Assembly: GCA_049903315.1 (NCBI GenBank)
Contig: JBNGBT010000003.1
Coordinates: forward strand, 32,001 to 96,000
Reading direction: 5' to 3'
Origin: Candidatus Cloacimonadota bacterium
GTDB lineage: Bacteria > Cloacimonadota > Cloacimonadia > JGIOTU-2
Length of the DNA stretch: 64,000 nucleotides
The notes beneath the pieces were generated by a model. That model was not told the origin of the DNA, searched no databases, and saw only the letters and a program-made list of their open reading frames with translations. Each line of letters begins with the position of its first letter. The first letter of the stretch is position 1. The translations under genes were made by a program, and so were the position numbers. Shown in pieces: positions 59,748-64,000 of this stretch.

Positions 59748-59823
59748 TGGTGGAGCTAACGGGGCTCGAACCCGTGACCCTTTGTCTGCCAGACAAATGC
59801 TCTCCCAGCTGAGCTATAGCCCC
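59748..59823 (-). tRNA. tRNA-Ala(GGC)
   Basis: GGGGCTATAGCTCAGCTGGGAGAGCATTTGTCTGGCAGACAAAGGGTCACGGGTTCGAGCCCCGTTAGCTCCACCA: cloverleaf, GGC anticodon, G3:U70, encoded CCA. Confidence 0.97.
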
Positions 59824-59858
59824 ACGTATTGCGTAAAATCTATGTGCGAGTTTTTATG

Positions 59859-60320
59859 TCAAATTTTGCTGTTTGGAAATTGTTCTTTAATAATAATAGA
59901 AGTAATCTCAGGAATTACCTCAGCAACTTTTTCAGTGCATTTCTCGGAAAAGGTAAAAATATCTTCAACTTCAATCGCATAAATTATAATTTCTTTCGGA
60001 AGATCAGCATCGTGTTTTTTCATAAGTTCGAGTGCGCTGAACATATCCATGTCGTGCGGGGAACTGTGATGGAGTGTGGATTTGAATTCCTCGATGCCAA
60101 ACTTGAAATAATTACCGGGTTGTCCATTCTTGGTTCTGATTGAATCAATTAAGATAAGCTTGTCATAACCGATTATTTCATCAACAACACGAAATCCAGC
60201 AGCACTTGCTTCGATTACATCTATATCAGGTAGTTTTTCCTTGATCAGTCTGGCGACGTGAATCCCAACACCATCATCAGAGAGAATTGTGTTACCAAGT
60301 CCAAGAACAAGGGTTTTCAC
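59859..60320 (-). CDS. Hydrogenase maturation protease
   Basis: LVLGLGN.ILSDDGVG, LIDS, SPHD. Confidence 0.93.
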   Translation of the reverse strand: MKTLVLGLGNTILSDDGVGIHVARLIKEKLPDIDVIEASAAGFRVVDEIIGYDKLILIDSIRTKNGQPGNYFKFGIEEFKSTLHHSSPHDMDMFSALELMKKHDADLPKEIIIYAIEVEDIFTFSEKCTEKVAEVIPEITSIIIKEQFPNSKI

Positions 60321-60322
60321 GC

Positions 60323-61786
60323 TTAGTCTCTACGAATGGTTTCTACTATTGAATTGTCCTTGTCATGCACGTTTATAATAAGAGGTGTCGAGCCGGGTAA
60401 TGAATGCGTCGCACATGCCATACAGGGGTCATATGCACGGAAAGCCATTTCCACCATGTTTAGCAAACCATCATCAACCTTACCGTTCTTAATAAGGGCT
60501 TTGGCGGCTTTTGCAATAGAAAGTGACATTGCTGCAGAATTTCCAACAGTCGCAACAATCAGGTTTACTGCTTTGACCATTCCCTGCTCATCAGTTTTAT
60601 AATGATGAATAAGTGTACCTCGTGCAGCTTCAACGATGCCAACACCTTCAGATGGTGTCTCAGTAGGTATATTTCTGATATCTGGAGAAATGATCGTTTT
60701 ATCTTCGAGCAGTTCAATAATATGCTCGGATGCGTATAAAGCTTCGATCAAGCGTGCCCAGTGGAATGCCAGCGTGTTATGTGCCGGTTTGCCACCGAGT
60801 GTTTCATACATGCGCTCATATTCTTCTTGAGCCATTGGAGTTGCCATGCCATCAGAAACATTGAGACGCGCAAGAGGAGCAACGCGGTAAATCCCACTTT
60901 TCTTTCCATCTTCAAAGCCTTTCCAGCCGATGGTTTTGAGGAAGGGGAATTTCATATAACTCCAGGGCTCAACGTGTTCTGCGATCTGCTGCAGATATTC
61001 CTCAGGTCCGAATTTTGAAAATTCTTTGCCGTCAGGATCGACCACACGGACTTTGCCGTCATAAAAATTCACTTTATTATTTTCATCGACCAAGCCCATG
61101 TAATAGGTTTTGTGTTTATAAATATCACCGACAATAAGATCAACATATGCATTATTGCCAAGGACAATATTGTTGAATATTTCGATGCTTTCTTTTGCGA
61201 AATCTCGCGCTTCGAGAGCAATTTTCAGGAATTCCAGTCTTTTTTCTTCAGTCAAACCCTTAGAGACACCGCCGGGAAGCCCACCAACAGGATGGATTAT
61301 CCTGCCGGAGAGATACGTAACGATATTTCTTATCTGTCTGCGGTTTTTGATTACTCTGGTCCCGATTTCCAAGCCGACTTTTGCAATAACGCCAAGAATA
61401 TTACGCTCTTTTGCAGGTGCTGATGGTGTGACTACAAAATCAGGACCGCCAAGGAAGAAGAAGTGCAGCATGTGATCTTCAAATATATAGGAATCATAGA
61501 CAAGTTGGCGAAGTTTCTTTGCAGTTTCAGTTGGTTTGACATTATATACGGCATCGACTGTTTTCGTGGAAGCCATATGATGAGCCATGGGACACACACC
61601 GCAAATTCGTGGTGTGATACGTGGCAGTTCTTCGACGGGACGGTCAATGCAAAACTGCTCAAACCCCCTTAATTCAGGAATTTGCAGATATGCATTTTCT
61701 ACATTGCCGCTGTCGTCTAAAAATATTTCTATTTTACCATGGCCTTCCAGCCTGGTAATAGGATCTATAGTGACTTTTGTACCCAT
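60323..61786 (-). CDS. mvhA: [NiFe]-hydrogenase large subunit, group 3c (Mvh-type)
   Basis: IDPITRLEGHGKI, RGFE, RICGVC, EAARGTLIHHY, RAYDPCMACATH plus cleavable C-terminal tail. Confidence 0.93.
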   Translation of the reverse strand: MGTKVTIDPITRLEGHGKIEIFLDDSGNVENAYLQIPELRGFEQFCIDRPVEELPRITPRICGVCPMAHHMASTKTVDAVYNVKPTETAKKLRQLVYDSYIFEDHMLHFFFLGGPDFVVTPSAPAKERNILGVIAKVGLEIGTRVIKNRRQIRNIVTYLSGRIIHPVGGLPGGVSKGLTEEKRLEFLKIALEARDFAKESIEIFNNIVLGNNAYVDLIVGDIYKHKTYYMGLVDENNKVNFYDGKVRVVDPDGKEFSKFGPEEYLQQIAEHVEPWSYMKFPFLKTIGWKGFEDGKKSGIYRVAPLARLNVSDGMATPMAQEEYERMYETLGGKPAHNTLAFHWARLIEALYASEHIIELLEDKTIISPDIRNIPTETPSEGVGIVEAARGTLIHHYKTDEQGMVKAVNLIVATVGNSAAMSLSIAKAAKALIKNGKVDDGLLNMVEMAFRAYDPCMACATHSLPGSTPLIINVHDKDNSIVETIRRD

Positions 61787-61792
61787 GATATA

Positions 61793-62806
61793 TTATTTCT
61801 CCTCTTTTGAATCGGTCATAATTTTTCTGCGGAAATAGGATTTCGCAAGAGAGAATCGATAGAACAGACCTGCTGGATCGACAATCTGGTCAAGGAGTTT
61901 CTGAACATGAGCTTCACTCATATCCTCCTCGCCTTCCAGTCCTACTACAGAAGCGAGGGCAGCGATCATTTTCGCGCCGACATCATGTACTTCTGAGGGT
62001 GGTCCATAGCAGCCCCTGCACGGCATATTTGCTGTAATACAGCGTCCGTCATTCTCTCCATTACAGCCCGAACGGGTGACAGGACCCATGCAAATGATCC
62101 CCTGTGCAAGAAAGCATTTTTCGGGATCTACTTGTACTAATGAGACACGATTTATTTTATCCAGAGATAGTTTTTCCGGTTTAGTTTCATTTCTGGAGCA
62201 TACTTCGCAGAGCGCTTTGTTTGGAGCGAGAACTGTTCCTTTTGGAGGTAGATCTCCGGATAAGATCGTTTTGATTGCACGCATGGTGAGATAGGGAGCA
62301 GGAGAACAGCCCGGGAGATAGTAATCCACATCAATGACTTGATCGGTCGCTTTCACCGTGTTGTGGAATTTTGGAAGCGTGAGTTCACCCTCTGGTACTT
62401 CGGATAGCTCTTGTGGGACAACGCCATCTGGATTATCAACAGAGGGGCATTTGCCCCCATAGGATGAAGCGAAAATAGATTCCCTATCCCAGAAATTTGC
62501 AAGACCAGGTATGCCGCCAAGCTGCGAACAGGATCCGAAAGAAATAATGAGTTGCGCTTTCTTACGAAGCAGTTTTGCCATCTCTTCCTGCTCGTCTGTA
62601 CGAATAGCTCCATTTATAAAGCATACAGTGATCTCATTATCCTGCATGTTTTTTACATCTGATGTCTTGAAATCCATCGCACAGGGCCAGAATACTATAT
62701 CGATGAGCTCAGCAACTTTCAATATATCCTCATGCAGATCAACGATCGCTTCTTCGCATCCACCACAGGATGCGCACCAATAAAAACCAACTTTTGGCTT
62801 TGCCAT
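61793..62806 (-). CDS. mvhG: [NiFe]-hydrogenase small subunit (MvhG-type)
   Basis: YWCASCGGC, GSC...GGIPGL, LPGCSP, CEVC.R, CFL.QG..CMGP.TRSGC, MPCRGCYGP. Confidence 0.92.
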   Translation of the reverse strand: MAKPKVGFYWCASCGGCEEAIVDLHEDILKVAELIDIVFWPCAMDFKTSDVKNMQDNEITVCFINGAIRTDEQEEMAKLLRKKAQLIISFGSCSQLGGIPGLANFWDRESIFASSYGGKCPSVDNPDGVVPQELSEVPEGELTLPKFHNTVKATDQVIDVDYYLPGCSPAPYLTMRAIKTILSGDLPPKGTVLAPNKALCEVCSRNETKPEKLSLDKINRVSLVQVDPEKCFLAQGIICMGPVTRSGCNGENDGRCITANMPCRGCYGPPSEVHDVGAKMIAALASVVGLEGEEDMSEAHVQKLLDQIVDPAGLFYRFSLAKSYFRRKIMTDSKEEK

Positions 62807-62824
62807 TAAACCTCCAAAAATATT

Positions 62825-63263
62825 AAACCACGAATTAACACAGATTTTCTCGAATTATAAAATGATTCTTTCATATTGCAGACTCTGTGAATGAAAGTTC
62901 AAAATAATTGCTAAACGCAATCCGGTGGCTTTTAAATAATTAAGTGCTTGAGCTTTATGAATATCAGTTATTTGCTCAACAGTTTTTAATTCTAATATGA
63001 CTTTATTCTCCACAAGAATATCTGCAAAATAGCTGCCAACATTCTCATTTCTAAACATGACATTTATTTGTTTTTGTTGTTCAGCTTCAATTCCTTCCTT
63101 TCGAAATAGAACCATCATAGCATTTTCATAAACCTTTTCTAAGAAACCCGGTCCGAGTTCTCTATGAACACTCATAGCGACACCTATTATTTTGAACGAA
63201 AGATTTTTAAAAAGAAGTTTTTCTTTTTGCACATTAGTGTCCATTCGAGTTAATCCGTGGTTT
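62825..63263. mobile_element. GxxExxY cassette bounded by terminal inverted repeats
   Basis: aaaccacgaattaac (62825-62839) and gttaatccgtggttt (63249-63263) are complementary at 14/15 positions, with 9-mer periodic sub-repeats inward. Confidence 0.55.
62855..63244 (-). CDS. GxxExxY protein (PD-(D/E)XK-like)
   Basis: VHRELGPGFLEKVYENA, ADILVE.KVILELK, AQ.LNYLKAT, LNF. Confidence 0.93.
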   Translation of the reverse strand: MDTNVQKEKLLFKNLSFKIIGVAMSVHRELGPGFLEKVYENAMMVLFRKEGIEAEQQKQINVMFRNENVGSYFADILVENKVILELKTVEQITDIHKAQALNYLKATGLRLAIILNFHSQSLQYERIIL

Positions 63264-63265
63264 CT

Positions 63266-64000
63266 TTATCTTAATGTTCCTTGATATTCAGTAGTATGTT
63301 GACGTTCTTTTACAGAAGAGGGAGTATAATCTGGTAGCACCATTGGGGAGATATGTTTTTTATCTACTCCGATCTTTTGAACTTCCTTATCATATTCGGT
63401 GATATGGGAAAGGGTCAATGCACCAGTTTTAATTTTCTTTGCGTACTGCGCCGCATAAATACCAGCGCGACGTCCGAAGACAATGAGATCTAGTTGAGAA
63501 TTTCCCATCAAACGATTACGACCATGAATGCCGCCTGCTGCTTCACCAGCAACAAAAAGACCATTAACTTTTGTTTCACAATGATCATTTATTTCTATTC
63601 CGCCGTTCTGGTAATGAAGTGTAGGGTACACAAGGATGGGATCCTGGGTAATGTCAACATCAAATCGCTCGAACTGACGAAGCATAGCGGGCAGGTTTTT
63701 CTTTATTGTGCCTGATCCGCTTATTTTTTCTATTAGCGGCGAGTCAAGCCAGATACCGACCTGACCACCTGGTGTTGGGATACCCAGGTCGCGAGCTGTG
63801 CATTCCCGAATGAACGATGATGCTTCAATATCACGTGGTTCAAGAGGATGAACAAATAAATCACCATTTTTATTTACTGGCTGTGCACCGAGTCCACGAA
63901 GTTTTTCCGTGCAGAGAAATCCAAGAATTTGTGGAGGATACACGGCACCTGTCGGATGATATTGCACCGAATCCATGTACAACAGATTTGCTCCAGCGCG
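63266..64000 (-). CDS. FAD-binding fumarate reductase/succinate dehydrogenase flavoprotein-like protein (5' end outside window)
   Basis: QYHPTG, EPRD, PTLHYQNGG, GLFVAGE..GGIHGRNRLMGNS; frame is open to the window edge. Confidence 0.88.
   Translation of the reverse strand, partial: RAGANLLYMDSVQYHPTGAVYPPQILGFLCTEKLRGLGAQPVNKNGDLFVHPLEPRDIEASSFIRECTARDLGIPTPGGQVGIWLDSPLIEKISGSGTIKKNLPAMLRQFERFDVDITQDPILVYPTLHYQNGGIEINDHCETKVNGLFVAGEAAGGIHGRNRLMGNSQLDLIVFGRRAGIYAAQYAKKIKTGALTLSHITEYDKEVQKIGVDKKHISPMVLPDYTPSSVKERQHTTEYQGTLR

Noticed and set aside
60323..61786. [NiFeSe] hydrogenase / selenocysteine recoding
   Set aside because: The C-terminal motif is DPCMAC with ordinary Cys codons; no in-frame TGA.
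1..64000. CRISPR array, DGR/retron, prophage, integrase or transposase
   Set aside because: No regularly spaced repeat-spacer units and no reverse transcriptase, Cas, integrase, transposase or phage structural motifs were recognised.

Overview
Gene-dense, AT-rich bacterial chromosome segment. It is probably from an anaerobic diderm such as Cloacimonadota; this is an inference from the FlgD/T9SS-like C-terminal domains, the C25 peptidase fusion and the group 3c hydrogenase. From left to right it holds: housekeeping genes (rarA, rpoN, thpR-recA-recX); a ~25 kb Wzx/Wzy-type surface polysaccharide locus (9.4-33.7 kb) with Vibrio Syp-like export genes and many modification enzymes; secreted proteins; a TPR-diguanylate cyclase; an mntP/ArsR-ArsP-thioredoxin-CcdA-CDF metal-stress region; an HNH nuclease; htpG; an MCE/Mla-type ABC system; a radical SAM gene; a gingipain-like secreted protease; tRNA-Ala(GGC); and a MvhG/MvhA-type [NiFe]-hydrogenase operon. 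The best candidate for an undescribed system lies inside the polysaccharide locus. It is a tightly packed module of a single-chain B12-binding, glutamate-mutase-like enzyme, a SAM methyltransferase, an opine dehydrogenase and an ATP-grasp ligase next to the flippase, which suggests B12-dependent synthesis of an unusual amino-acid/opine substituent for the glycan. Other oddities are an MlaF-like protein lacking its catalytic ATPase motifs, an altered RpoN box, a GxxExxY gene flanked by inverted repeats, and several structured intergenic elements. All family assignments come from motif recognition by eye; no searches were run.
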